A stretch of DNA of 64,000 nt from Blepharisma stoltei ATCC 30299 (GCA_965603825.1 CBFDEM010000053.1:1302001-1366000); one strand, 5' to 3'. Positions 11,836 to 24,439 are shown, numbered from the stretch's first letter. Notes: generated by a model not told the origin, from the sequence alone. A program made the numbers and translations.

Positions 11836-13734
11836 ATGGAAGTAGAAGATCATAAAGAAGAACATTTTACAGTTGCTGTAAGAGTTAGGCCTTTTATTAC
11901 AAGAGAAATAGAAAGTGCAGCAAAAGTTGGGTGGGAACTCCCAGGTCCAACTTCAATCAAGGAAACTAATGGAGAAAGAATGTTCATTTATGATAACGTC
12001 TTCGACCAAAGCACCAGCACTCAAATCCTTTATGAAGAAATTTGTGAAAAACTCGTATGAAAATCACTAGAAGGCTACAATGGTTGCATATTTTGCTACG
12101 GACAAACAGGCAGTGGAAAAACCTTTACAATGCAAGGGTCCCGTAAAGACAGTCCAGGGATCGTCCCTTTATCGATTGATTCAATTTTTACTTATATTCA
12201 GCAAACCCCTGACAAGAGCTTTTTGCTCAGATGTTCATACTTAGAAGTATACAATGAATGTGTCAATGATTTACTAAATCCTTCTCTCCTTAACCTCCAA
12301 ATCCAAGAAGACAAGCAGGTATCATTTAACTAGAGCGGTGTTAAAGTAGTAGGAGCCACTGAAACTGTATGTACATCAATCAGCCAAGTGAACTCACTGC
12401 TCTACCTTGGGGAGACCCACAAGCAAATCGCAAGCACAAATTTTAATATGAGAAGTTCAAGGTCTCATACGATTTTTAGAATGATAATAGAATCAAAAAG
12501 CAGAAGTGAAGCAGATAATTGTTTAAATGTCGCTACACTGAATTTGATTGATTTAGCTGGAAGTGAAGGGGCCAATGTCCATGGCCCTACTGCATCAGCT
12601 CACAGGACAAGAGAGATGAGCTTTATTAACAAGGTAAATTTTATATAGAGTCTGCTTACTTTATCAACAGTAATCATGAGGCTGAGCGATAGAACTAGCA
12701 ACACGCCTATCCCATATAGAGACAGCAAACTTACTAGACTTTTGCAGCCATCGTTACAGGGTGAGTCTAAAGTTGTGATTATTTGCAATATTTCACCAAG
12801 CCTTGACTCTTATGAAGAGTCTTTGTCAACTCTTAAATTCGCCCAGAGAGCCAAAAAAATAAAGCAAATAATTGTAAAAAATGAAATACATGACAGCAAA
12901 GCACTGATAGTGAAATATGAACATGAAATAAAAACACTTCAAGAAAAGCTGAGAGATATGGAAACCAAGCTGTTTGAAGAATCAGAGAGTCAAGATTACA
13001 ATGATACAGTCGTAAAAATGGAATTAAAACTCTCCACAATCCAAGAAGAAAAAGACCAACTTGATACCAAGATGGAAAGTCTCATGCAGGACAAGCTAGA
13101 AATGCAAAGTGAATTAGAAAGGCTGAGATCAATGATTTTGGTATCTGAAAATGTTAAAATTAACCCAGAAAGTAACGATGCTGAGCAATTCACTGAAAAT
13201 AATTCAAAACTTAATGATAGAAGAAGAGTAAGGCTAAGTGTTATGAGAGAAAGTGTATCAGGGTCAAGCCAGTCTATAGCAAGAGTTTCCTATAGACCTT
13301 CAGAAATTTTATTAAAATCTGGCAGTGACATAGAAAGCCGTTTTAGAAAATTCCCAACAATCGATGAAAGCAAAGTTCCTGATATTTCTGATTCAGGTGA
13401 GTTTCGTGAAACCATGCTGCTTGATAAACTAGATAACTTAAAAGAGCTGCTTGAAAGTGAAGAACCATTAGAAAGGATGTCAATGATGCTAACACCTCAA
13501 GACATTCAAGAAGCTAGGGAGTTTATTAGGCATTCAGACGCTCATGAGAAAAAAGAAGAGCCACAAATAGACTTTATTGCAATCATACAAGAGCAGGATG
13601 GAATCATACAAAGCCTGCAAGGTGTTATTGAAGAAAAAGATGAACAAGTGGCGCTGCTTAAAGACGAACTAGAACTGTGTAGAGCAAATCTGGCAAGAAT
13701 CCAAAAGCAACTAAAAGAAATGAAAAATAAATAG
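11836..13734 (+). CDS. Kinesin motor protein (kinesin-7/CENP-E-like), two introns
   Basis: VAVRVRP, P-loop YGQTGSGKT, SSRSH, LIDLAGSE, IPYRDSKLTRLLQ and a C-terminal coiled coil; introns 12319-12333 and 12634-12648. Confidence 0.93.
12319..12333 (+). other. 15-nt intron GTATCATTTAACTAG
   Basis: GT-AG ends, A at -6, in-frame TAG; removal restores the motor domain. Confidence 0.9.
12634..12648 (+). other. 15-nt intron GTAAATTTTATATAG
   Basis: Removal gives the conserved kinesin INK|SLLTL motif. Confidence 0.95.
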
Positions 13735-13763
13735 GCAATATCTAATTATATAAATTATTATTA

Positions 13764-14603
13764 ATGGAAAATTTCAAGAATTATGATGAAAGTCTGCCTT
13801 ACTCGCTAAAAACGGTGTTTTTAGCTGGTAACTTGCCACAAATAAGCCCTAATAAGCCTAAAACCCAGAAAGAAATAAGAAGAAATAACCCTTACTATAT
13901 AAGTTTTGATAATTCTCAGGCTAAAAGAATTAAGGATTATAGTGTTTATCAGTGAAACGATGGGATTTTTGAGCTAAAAGACCAAGAATCGTCTTTTACA
14001 GAAAAAATCAATTACAGTGGCTGCATTCCGAAGATTTCTCCGATAGAGCAGAGAATAGCGTTTCAGCAAGCACGACTGTTGAAAGTGCCATCAAAAGACA
14101 ATAACAATGACAGTCTCCAGCACTTCAAAAAACTCATTGAAAAATCTTTAAACAAGTCAAGAAAACCTGCAAAAATAACTGAAAATACACAATGTACCCC
14201 AGACATTGAAAAAATTGATATCAGTAAATTTTTAGATATGAATAAGCCCAAACCCAAGTCCAAAAAGCTGCATTTATTAAAAAATGAAAAGAATAGTGCT
14301 ATAAGTCCTTATAAACGATTTTTAAATAGAATCCCAACTTTAAATAACCCATATAAACGGGCATGTAAATCTCGATCGGGATCACTTATGAATGAAAGTT
14401 TAACTGTAAGGCAAATAAATTCTCATAGAGAAAATTCCTTCAGGGATCAAACTAAGGAACAAATCTTGAACGGAATTAGAGACAGTCTCCTATATCTTCC
14501 ATATACTCATAAAAGAACAGCTAAGCATAGAAAGTCCAAAGATAGTGTCTATACAGAATCTTCTGGTGAAGAACTACTGTTGGATAGCAAATTAAACTCA
14601 TAG
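13764..14603 (+). CDS. Hypothetical basic, low-complexity protein (about 279 aa)
   Basis: Two ORF fragments in the same frame joined by TGA at 13953. Confidence 0.65.
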
Positions 14604-14656
14604 CATGCTAATTAAAATTTTATGAAAAAATTATATTTATTTAGTAACTTAAAAAC

Positions 14657-15577
14657 ATGTTCGAAGCTCTTTACAAAATCCCAGAAATCAAAGAGTTTTT
14701 AGCATGTTTTCCAAAGGAGCAATGAAAAGGTTGCATTGAGGCAAGTATAGTGCTTGGCATAAGATGGACTATTAGTAGATTTCCTAATGGGTGTACTTAT
14801 AGTCAACTTAAGGCAGAGGCAAAATCAAATTTTCAATGAACACAAAAAAAAGCTTCTGCAAGCTGAGAAGAACACTATAAGCCTAACAGAAACTCTTTCA
14901 GCACTGCAAAAGTTTCTGAGAGCCAGTTACAAAAAGAAAACAGAAAATACTCGAAAACGATGAATCAACAAAAAATTCCAAATCGCCTTAAATGTGTTAG
15001 CTCCAAAATCAAAGACCAGGTCCACCGTGACATTGCTTTATACAAATTCAAAATGAACTCTTCAAGAAACTCCTTAATCGAAAAAAGCGCCGAAATTGAA
15101 AAAATAAACAGTGGTGTACAAACAGAGAGAGTCTCACTTCCAATAAATGCAGTTGACGATTTTATCCCTCATATAAACTATGAGGATTTTTCTAGCCCTA
15201 ACTATAGTGAATCTTTCAGAACGAAAAACAAGAGAAAGCAAAAAAAATTTTCAATTACTGAAGAAATCAAAGAGCCAAATACCCTCTCTATAGAAGATGC
15301 TCAGGATATTTTCACTCACATAACCAATGGAAAAGATAGCCCTTTAAAAGCGAGGACTAATGGGATTAGGCTACTTGATATTGAGAAAAATGATAAAAGT
15401 GTAGTTGGGATAGCAGACAGATTTTTAAATAATCCTATGGCTTCTTATTTATCTAAAGAAAAAGGGTCAATTTCTGGCTTGCATTCTCCTAAGTTTATAG
15501 AGCGGCTTTTAATCCCTAGCAGTAACCCTACATCCAGACCTGAGACAACAAGTCCTTCCTATTTAATCAATTTTTAA
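14657..15577 (+). CDS. Hypothetical protein (about 306 aa)
   Basis: ATG 14657 is in frame with ORF 14960-15577 through three TGA codons. Confidence 0.65.
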
Positions 15578-15632
15578 TAATTAATTAATTCATATTTATT
15601 TTACTATCATTACTTGCTGTTGACTAATATAA

Positions 15633-16685
15633 ATGCATTTCACATTATTCCTTTCACTAATCATTACCTTGGTGTATGCAAACTTTTACAACCCTAAACT
15701 GAAGCAAGGCACGCTGACTTGCAATTCTTACGGGTGTCCTCCGACAAATTCAACAATACCTAGTGATCATTGCATAGTCGCAAACGGCGCAAACTATTAT
15801 GTTTCGCCTTGCACAAAGGCTTCAACTCCTTATTGCAACACAACTACAGGATTATGCACAGCAAATCCAGCTATATCAGCTCTTTCATACCCAGGCGAAG
15901 CTTGCATAAGCAGTTCTAATTGCTACAATGGTGCTTCTTGTAATAAAGGTATCTGCTCTGGGAATTCTTACCTTCAAGAGTGCTCGTCTCACGAAGACTG
16001 CAGTCCAGGCTTAATGTGTGGACAAACAAATAAATGTATTGGACAGATTGCTATCGGAGTTAGCGGCTGCAGAGATTATCATGACTGTGTCAATTATGCT
16101 TCTTGCAATTTAACTTATAGCTCATTGAACGGCGTTTGTGTTCAATATGCAACTTTAAAAAACGGAGCTGTCGTCACAGACTGTGAAAATGGGTTTTCCC
16201 ATATGTGTGCTTCAGCAACATGCTCGAAAACTGGGGAAGATTTTTATTCAACTATTGGAGTCTGCACTGATGCACCTATGTCTACTAGCGCTTTACCTAC
16301 CAGCTGTGCCGCTGATACAGACTGCCAAGGCACAAATTCAGATGGACTATTCTTAACCACCTGCGAATGTGGCTACACAAATCCAGGAAAAGCCTTCTGC
16401 AAGCCTTTTATTGGAGATGTGCCAGGCCAGAATTTTATTAAAGCTTGGGTAAGTGCGATGAAAGCAACTAATAAAGTCTGCAATACAGCCAGAAGAGCGG
16501 CCAACGCATGCTTAACTGTTGCAGGAGCTTATGAATCAGCATTAATGGCAACCTGGGAGTTTGATTATTATACAGCCCTTCAAGGAAATGATGCATGCGT
16601 TAAAGCTGTTATTACTGATGATTACTGGCAGCCTTCTGGAAGCATTTTCTTAATGCTCTCCTGCATTTCTGCTTTATTCTTATAA
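15633..16685 (+). CDS. Secreted or GPI-anchored cysteine-rich surface protein
   Basis: Signal peptide MHFTLFLSLIITLVYA, 31 Cys in repeated C-x5-C-x5-C units, hydrophobic C-terminal tail GSIFLMLSCISALFL. Confidence 0.8.
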   Translation: MHFTLFLSLIITLVYANFYNPKLKQGTLTCNSYGCPPTNSTIPSDHCIVANGANYYVSPCTKASTPYCNTTTGLCTANPAISALSYPGEACISSSNCYNGASCNKGICSGNSYLQECSSHEDCSPGLMCGQTNKCIGQIAIGVSGCRDYHDCVNYASCNLTYSSLNGVCVQYATLKNGAVVTDCENGFSHMCASATCSKTGEDFYSTIGVCTDAPMSTSALPTSCAADTDCQGTNSDGLFLTTCECGYTNPGKAFCKPFIGDVPGQNFIKAWVSAMKATNKVCNTARRAANACLTVAGAYESALMATWEFDYYTALQGNDACVKAVITDDYWQPSGSIFLMLSCISALFL

Positions 16686-16709
16686 GAGCTAATTTATTCT
16701 TATGATAAT

Positions 16710-18167
16710 TTATACCTTAGCTTCTTCTTGTGTACTTGGCTTTGGGAGTCTTGCTTTTAATTTTTCGAAAATTGCAAGAAGTTCTTTGTCTACTTGCTCT
16801 GCACGAATGAAAATATCAATATAAACCAACGCTTTGTTTACATCATATTTTTCATAAGCTAGCTTAAATGCTTCTCTCAGTTCCCAGAAAAAGTCGCTTT
16901 TTGGATAAATTCTGCATGCCGTTATAAGTTTCCATAATGCTTTCGAGCTTAATTCTCCTAGCTCCATAACCCTTCCAGAAGCACAATTGAAAATTTCTTC
17001 ATCAAATTTGCCTACTTTGTAAAATCCAAAAGCAAAAAGACTGATGACATGACTGTCAGCATTTTTGTAATAAAGCTTGAATTTCTGCTTGCAGACTTCT
17101 CATAAATCATCTGTTTTTACTTCAGCAATCCCTAGTATATATACTATAAGACCAAGCTCTTTTGGCTGAAAATCATTTATAGACGCTAAAATTCCAGGAA
17201 GAAGATCGCTTACAACTGCTTTTGAGTCGTCCAGTTCATGATAAGAATTGAGAATAAGCATTATATCCTTTGGGTTTCTTAATTGTGATCTATTTTTTAC
17301 GATACACTCCGTTAAGGCAGGCTTGAGATATTCAGATAGCCATCTATAATGCCCCATTATATCACATAAATTTGCAATCTCCCTAGAGTCTGCTGAAACA
17401 ATATCATCGCAGATCGATACTATTAAAGGCTTTAATGATTCATAATCTGGCTCTTTTCCTAAATATCTCAGCAATCTTGATCGATGAATAAGGCTTAGCG
17501 AGCTTAATCTTCTATTGATTTCACCTTTTGATTTTTCAATAAAATTAGTCAGCTGGCCTAGAGGTATAAAAGCTTGAACCAAGCTAACCAACTGTGAGTC
17601 TGTAGCTTTCCCTAAATTTGATAAAGCTTTTTTGGCCATAGCTTGATAGAGATTTGGCTTTGAATAATTCGCAGTTCATAATATCCTTACAAGCCAATAA
17701 ATGTTTTCTAGGTGCAGCTCATTTTTAAGCTTAAATGTTCTATTAGCAACAGTATTATAAAAATCTGAGCCACCTTTGAATCGCTTTCAGAAGATTTTGG
17801 CATAATTTACAAATAAATCTTGGTCACATGATTCTAATTGTTGAAGAACATAAGGCTCAGCAATTAGATAGAGCTTATCTCCATAATTTGTTTGAGAAAA
17901 AGCTTGAAGAGTGTCTAGAGAAGACCAAGGACTGTTCTTTATAAGATCTTCTCCTAGAGAAGCTAAAGATTGCCACGTTTGAGGATCATGAATTTGAGGT
18001 TTATCCCAATAAAGCTTTACAAGATTAGGAAATTCTTTGATTTCTAAGTCGCTACCATCTAAGGATTCTGGGAGTTTATGATCTTTGTGTGTACCTTGTA
18101 TCAATGCTTGTCTATATTGTACTAGTTCGCTAGCCCTGCAAATTCATCTCTTGATAATCATTTGCAT
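16710..18167 (-). CDS. Alpha-helical repeat protein, possibly organellar RNA-binding (about 485 aa)
   Basis: Three ORF fragments in one frame joined by TGA; helical-repeat-like periodicity (e.g. FQPKELGLIVYILG). Function not assignable. Confidence 0.6.
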
Positions 18168-18277
18168 TTTGTATCAATAAAATGAATCTTAAATTTCAGG
18201 AAAGCATTGATAATTGCCAAATTTTAATAATAAAGCTGCTTAATAAAACAAATTTACGCTATTTTCTAATATATACA

Positions 18278-21200
18278 TTAATTCTCAACTGCTTTCAGGT
18301 ATTCGTTTTCAATTCTTTTAAGCTCGACTTTATAAATTGACCATGCTAGCATCGAAAGCTCGAAATCTTTTGCATTCATACCTAGCTCACAAGCCCTTAG
18401 CCGCTCTTCCCACTCCTCTTCTGGCAGACTTTTCCACTTTTTATTTTCTTTATTTTTCATAACTGAGATAATGTTCAATAGATTTTCTTTTTCAACTAAT
18501 ATTTTTTCTCTCGCATTATCATATGTAAAGCCAGGTGGGCTGCTGTAAAATAGCCTTACATCTTGCAGTGAAAATAAATTATTATCAATGCATTTCAATA
18601 CAAGCTCTTCTAACATTACTGTTTCGTTCTGTAATAGAGCTGCAAGATCTTTTAGTTTTGAGCTTTCATAATCAATCTCTTCATCTTTGGCAGGTATAGG
18701 GATTTTTTGTTTAAGAATGTGTCTAATCAAAATAAATAGCATCGATTTAGAAATGGATCCATCCATGCCATATCCAACTGCCTTTACCAGCATCTCAATC
18801 CCGTCTTCTATTTTTTTCTGAAAATCTTCATAGTGATCAACAATTATTTGCAAAAATATTTCAAGATCAATTAGCCCACACGCATTTATGCGTTTAGGAT
18901 CTGGCTTATTTTTAGAGTCTACCTCAGCTTGGATTTTTTGAATCGCACTTCTTTCGAAAAAATCAAGTTTTTCCTTGATGCATTCATAAGCCCTATTTAT
19001 CGGGAACATATTGTGTTCAGCGCTTTCTTCATACCAGGTCATAATCCCAACTTTAGAAGTCAGCATGTGATGTAAGCAATTCAGATATAAGGAAAGGCTG
19101 ACTCGGCTGTAGTTTCCTTTCTTTATGTAGTCACCACATTCTAAAAATCGTAAAAATACTTCAGATCTAGCTTGCTCAGCATACACAAACAGCGATGCCA
19201 TAAAATCCAAAAATTTTTTATCGCAAACAGTCTTCAACTTATACCGTTGGTCAAACTCATCATATGCTAACTCCAAAAGTTCAAATGTTTCATCAGCTTT
19301 AAACTTTTGAAAAGCCACTTGATATATCGATGCTAACAATTTATTAACTAGCCTGAAACTCATTGATGACCTTTTTTTGACCTTTTCAAGGCTTTTTGAC
19401 ATCATTTTTCCAAAAAGACTAAAAACATAATGGGACTTTTTGTGAGCTGCTGCGTGGCTGACTGGATGATGGAAATTAAATTCATCGAATTTTGTGGTTT
19501 CTTTATAAAATTTTTTGTCTCTGCTGCCGTTAAATGATTTCTGGGATTTCCATATAGAGCTAGACGATCTGCGGGAAAAATCTTCAGACCTTCTGCTTCT
19601 GCCTTCTGGGATTTCTATTGGAGGGATTTCTTTGGTTATATTTGATTCTTCGTCTTCTGAGTACTCAGACTCTGACGAAAAGTATGATTCTGATATGGTT
19701 TTCTCGTTGAGAGCTTTGACGTAGCCTTCGATTTGTCCTTCTTCTTTGCCAAGGTTTTCTCCAACTGTAAACCCTTGGGACTTCCCAAATTCGATGCCAG
19801 ACAGAAACCCATCTTTCCAAGAGTTTTTGTTTCCATCATCAGGGATCAGAGTTCTTATAGTTTCAAGGTCAAGATCAGCAAAACTTTGAATAGAAATATT
19901 AGATAGGCTTTCAGGGATTTTTGGAATGACTGAAATAGATCTTCTTTTTACTTCTTTTAGAGGAGATAAAAGTGACTGCACAACGTTTTGTTTCTTCATT
20001 TCTATATCTTTGTTCATTTTCTCGAGGAATTGCTTTCTCAGCTCAATTTCTTTATCAAGTTTCCCAAGCTCTTCCATTTTGGATTGATAGAGTTTTTCAT
20101 TATCAAACATTTCAAGGTCCTCAGAAGCCATCGTCTGATATCTTACTCCGAATGACCCAACTCTATGGTGAGGTGTTCCTAGCCCGCTTTGAAAAATATT
20201 ATGCTCAGTGATAATAGAAATATTTGACACCATGCTTTGGTCAACTATGCTTTCAGCGTCATGCTCTGCATTTTTTTCACTGGGGATATTATTGTTTTCT
20301 AAGGTATTATCAAGCTCTTCGATAGTTTTTGCTTCCTTGATCATTACGACTTGGTTTGTGAACTGCTTTTTTAGCTCTGTTGGGCCAGATGCATGGCTGT
20401 CAGTAAAAGAAATTTCAGAGGAAACTTCGCTTTGTTGAGGGAGAGGGTTTTCCCCAACCATTGTAGAAGACCTAGCCATTATTTTTTCAGTAGGGTCTAA
20501 TAGCGGCTCAATACTGTTCCGAAACGACATTTCATGGGCTAGAACGTGTATTTTTATATTTGAGCTATAAAAGATTTCTTTATCAGTTTCCTCCATAATG
20601 GCAGACTGATCATTCATGATTTCATAAAGAAGTTCCTCGAACTCTACTTGTGTTTCTTTATCATTTATGTTATTTCCAGCCACATTTTGCTCTTGTGGTG
20701 TTTCTTTATTTTCTAGATTTTCATGTTTTACGGGTTGTTCTCCATCAAATGCTTTTTCTGAGACTGTAGGGTCTTTTTTTGGACTATTGTCTTTGGCCAT
20801 ATTCATTAAAGTTTTTCTAATATTAGTCCTTCTCCTTGCATTTTGCCTCCAATTCACAACAGAAATTGGTGTATTTTGGTCTTTCCCGGCAGTTTTCATG
20901 CTATGCTTTTTACTGAATTTTGCCATTTCATTGAATTTTTTATTCCACAACTCTTGTTGTTCATTAAAAGATCTAATTGAATCTTTCCATCGTAGCTTGT
21001 ACACTCTTATATCACCTTTGAGCTTATTAATAATGTCATCTTTAATTTTAAGGCTGCTTTTTCATTCCAAGCTTTCCTTATTATGATCTTCAGCTGCTTT
21101 CTGCTGTAAATTTTGCATTTCTTCTATTTCTTTGTTGTGCTTTTCTTCAATTTCTTTCACATAATTAAGCATTTTTTCTTCTTTTTTCATATAAACGCCT

Positions 21201-21910
21201 GGTTCTTTTGAGAGCAGCTCTTTTAAGAGGTCGCCTCTTTCTTTGCATTGAACAGTTACTTGCCGGATCATTTCTTTGCAGCACATAGAAAAAACCATTT
21301 CTACTTGGTCAGGGTCATCATAGGTTTTATTCATTTTTTCATATCAGTCTCTGAGCATTAGGACTTCTTGTCGGCCTGAGGGATTTCCCAAGTCAAACCA
21401 TTCTGGAGTTTCTGGTATATTTGAATTTAATTGTGAATTAAAGTCAAAGTTTACCATTGAATTTGAGCCTCTTGATTTTAGAGGATGCCTAAGCTTTTTC
21501 TCAATTACAAAATCCAGGCAGTTTTCTCTAATGCAATGATTAGGAGAATTCACTTCGTGAGGAGACAGAATAGGCGAAGCCATGAAATCAGTTGATTCCA
21601 TTAATTTTTTTAAATGATCAATATCTGACGGAAGTGCTGGCAAAGTAGTTGAAGAATTTCTTTTTAACTTGTCTTTCAGGTGCGAAACATCTCTCGTATT
21701 CAGAAAAATATTGGATTTTTCGCTTTCTTTAAATTTTACATTTTCCTGCCTTAGCAATTCTCTGATTTCTTCTGCTCCCATTGTTCTTAGGGCGTCTAAA
21801 TCGACTTTGCTTTTATTTCGCCTTTGGGTTGTCTTCAAAATCAGCCTGTTGGGATATACAGGGCTCCTAACATCATCTCTTAAATCTCCTAATAATTTAC
21901 TACGATACAT
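18278..21910 (-). CDS. Large protein with an axonemal dynein light chain (p28)-like domain, about 1210 aa
   Basis: Three fragments in one frame via TGA at 21344 and 21062. PSGRQEV...CCKEMIRQVTVQCKERGDLL resembles the p28 motif ELIRQVTINCAERGLLL; coiled coils follow. Confidence 0.7.
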
Positions 21911-21914
21911 TTTA

Positions 21915-23639
21915 TTAATAAGCACCTGCAGTAAGCTGTTCCAAGAAAGCTTGAAAATGTTCTTTCCTCACCTCTATATAAGTGTCTTCAAAGAAATCCC
22001 TCCTAAAATCAGCTTCAACTGCTTGGGCTGCTTCGTGGAATCTCCACCCAAAGTCGTTTCTCTGCTGCACTGCACTTGTAACTCCTGTGACTAGAAAAGT
22101 GTTTCTTGATGTGTTTAAAACACACAAAACCATCGGCTTCGGCCTGATATTGCTTCGGAGCTCTCTATAAGCTTCCATAATAAAAGTAGTCAGCTTTTTA
22201 AGTGACAGAGGATGATGGAAATATTTTGTTTGATTTAAACTGTCACTTGAAATAATGGCATATCTAAAATCTGCGGCTGGGTTTACAGCTTTTTTCTCTA
22301 TTAAAATAGTTCCTTGTTGGACTATGGCTTTTTGCTGGTCTTGAGCTATTTTAATCCCTTGCTCAAGATAGTTTACATCTAATAGGGCATCATGAGCAAC
22401 CCAAAAATTGTTCAGCCATTTTTCACGGTCATTTGATTCTTCTTGGTCTCCTAACAAGGTAGGTGACTCTAATAGTGCAGTAACACTATAAACTACATCA
22501 GAGGCTGAAAATTGTTTTTTTCTGTTATACTGCCTTACACAGGTGGTTAAGAATAAATCTTCTATCTCATAAGTAGCGCCTATTTGCTGCAGTTTGTCCT
22601 TGAGAGTTTTTTTATACATCGGCTTCATGAAGCAAAAATCTTGTCTGCACTCTTGTAAAGGGATTCCTAGCTGCGCGATTATTTCGTTTAGCCTTCGTTT
22701 TCCAGGCTCTCGCCATATCCCTAACTTGCAGGCTACATAATCAGAATAATATAAAGAATCATATAAACTCCAGTGCCTATATAGCATAAGTTTCAGGTCT
22801 TTATGCTCAATATGGATATTTCCAGGAGTTTTCTTTTCTGTGTCAAAGTCCTTGGGCTCAATAATTCCATTGACTGTCCTTTGTTCGGAGTCCTGGTCCA
22901 TTTCTTCAGCCTCTTCTCCACGCTGCTGATATGGGTGCTCATTAAGCCTCAAGACTTCTGTTAAGCACTCATTGATCCTTTGCTCATACTCAGACCTGTC
23001 GATTTTTCTGTGTAAATATTGGTCTGTCAGTCCTACAATCCACATCCAAAGCATATCGTTTGTAGCACGATTCATCTGCTGGGCCAGCCTATAAATAATC
23101 CCAGCAGTGCTGATACCGAAATAAACCCCAGTTGGGTCTGGGTCATTTTTGAATCGCTTGCGCGGCTTGTCTTCTCTACCTTCCCGCCTTCTTTTTTGGC
23201 CTGGTTCGTTTTCAATTTCGCTTTCCTCTTCTTCTTGGTCTTCAGGTTCTTCAACAAAAGTATCGTCTATGAGTTTTACGTAGGCACTTTTTATATTATC
23301 AGCCCAAAAAGGCCTCTCACTGTCAAATACGTAAGAAATTAAATTCTTTTCTGGGCCTAATTGAGTCAAATCACAAGATCCTCCACAATTAAGGAAAACT
23401 AAGCATCTCAGCTCTGGGTCTGTAAATGAAGCAAGTTTCTCTTCAAGCTCTGTATAATTTGCAACAGGAATTACTCTATATTGGACGGTGTCTTTATGCA
23501 GCATTTGTGTCAGGATTTTGCATGCAGCTAAGGCATCACAGTCACCTGAGACAAGAATTGCTAAAGAGCATCCTCTTGAAAACGAAGTTTGGCGAATTTC
23601 ATCATAAATTTCGTTAAGTTGGCTAAGCGGGATCAGCAT
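21915..23639 (-). CDS. CDC45: Replication initiation factor CDC45
   Basis: LVSGDCDALAACKIL, YRVIPV, LNCGG, acidic insert, LWMWIVGLTDQ, LMLYRHWSLYDS and RNDFG are recognisable CDC45 motifs. Confidence 0.95.
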   Translation of the reverse strand: MLIPLSQLNEIYDEIRQTSFSRGCSLAILVSGDCDALAACKILTQMLHKDTVQYRVIPVANYTELEEKLASFTDPELRCLVFLNCGGSCDLTQLGPEKNLISYVFDSERPFWADNIKSAYVKLIDDTFVEEPEDQEEEESEIENEPGQKRRREGREDKPRKRFKNDPDPTGVYFGISTAGIIYRLAQQMNRATNDMLWMWIVGLTDQYLHRKIDRSEYEQRINECLTEVLRLNEHPYQQRGEEAEEMDQDSEQRTVNGIIEPKDFDTEKKTPGNIHIEHKDLKLMLYRHWSLYDSLYYSDYVACKLGIWREPGKRRLNEIIAQLGIPLQECRQDFCFMKPMYKKTLKDKLQQIGATYEIEDLFLTTCVRQYNRKKQFSASDVVYSVTALLESPTLLGDQEESNDREKWLNNFWVAHDALLDVNYLEQGIKIAQDQQKAIVQQGTILIEKKAVNPAADFRYAIISSDSLNQTKYFHHPLSLKKLTTFIMEAYRELRSNIRPKPMVLCVLNTSRNTFLVTGVTSAVQQRNDFGWRFHEAAQAVEADFRRDFFEDTYIEVRKEHFQAFLEQLTAGAY

Positions 23640-23814
23640 TTTATTAGTAAAAATAAATTAAAATCATATTTTAGCTTATAATTATTTTTAAGTCAGATAA
23701 TTTTTCTTTTTTTATAGACCCAAATAACGCTATTCGCCTTCTCTGCACCAAATTAATTTTATAGAGCTTTTTATGACTACTTATTTGAGCAATTTGTATT
23801 AAAATCTTAATTAT

Positions 23815-24387
23815 TTAATCCCTCTTAGTTACAAAAATATTTTTGTTCTTTTTTGATATTCTTCCTCTATTATTCGCCAGCTCATCCCCTTTGCAAAACT
23901 TAAAAATCCAGCTACTTAGATGAGCCTGCTGAATCCCAAACTTTTTAGCTATTGCGTTCAGGTCTCTGTTAGCCAAATACTCAGTGACCACTTTTATTTT
24001 AAATTCGCGTGAATAAAGTCTTCTTCCTTCAGGAGAAAATTGAAGATCAGACTCTGAAAGAGCGTTGCCTTGGGCTAGTGAATCTGAGGATGGATAATAT
24101 ACAAAATTGTTGTCAGAAGCTTCAAGAATTGTATCTAAAATGTAGCTAGATACTCCCAAACGTATCCCTGAAGCCCTAGTTCCGAATTTTTGAACGTATG
24201 TTATAAGAGAATCACGTATAAATATAAAAAATTTGTGCAGTTCAGGCTTGAGATTGCCTAATAAAGCGTGAATTGCATCATGCGAAGTTTGGGACAGTTG
24301 AGATGTGCGGTCAACACCAATTGTAAGAGCTAGGACTTCTAAATCGATATTCATGGCATCAGCCATTAAGAATGGGGCTTTTGACAT
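23815..24387 (-). CDS. Hypothetical protein with a C-terminal helix-turn-helix (transposase/Brinker-DBD-like)
   Basis: RRLYSREFKIKVV...AIAKKFGIQQAHLSSWI matches the HTH_Tnp_1/BrkDBD pattern. Confidence 0.6.
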   Translation of the reverse strand: MSKAPFLMADAMNIDLEVLALTIGVDRTSQLSQTSHDAIHALLGNLKPELHKFFIFIRDSLITYVQKFGTRASGIRLGVSSYILDTILEASDNNFVYYPSSDSLAQGNALSESDLQFSPEGRRLYSREFKIKVVTEYLANRDLNAIAKKFGIQQAHLSSWIFKFCKGDELANNRGRISKKNKNIFVTKRD

Positions 24388-24439
24388 ATTTATTTTTTAA
24401 TAAGAAAAAATGTATAATTAATTTGTTATTTTAAATAAT

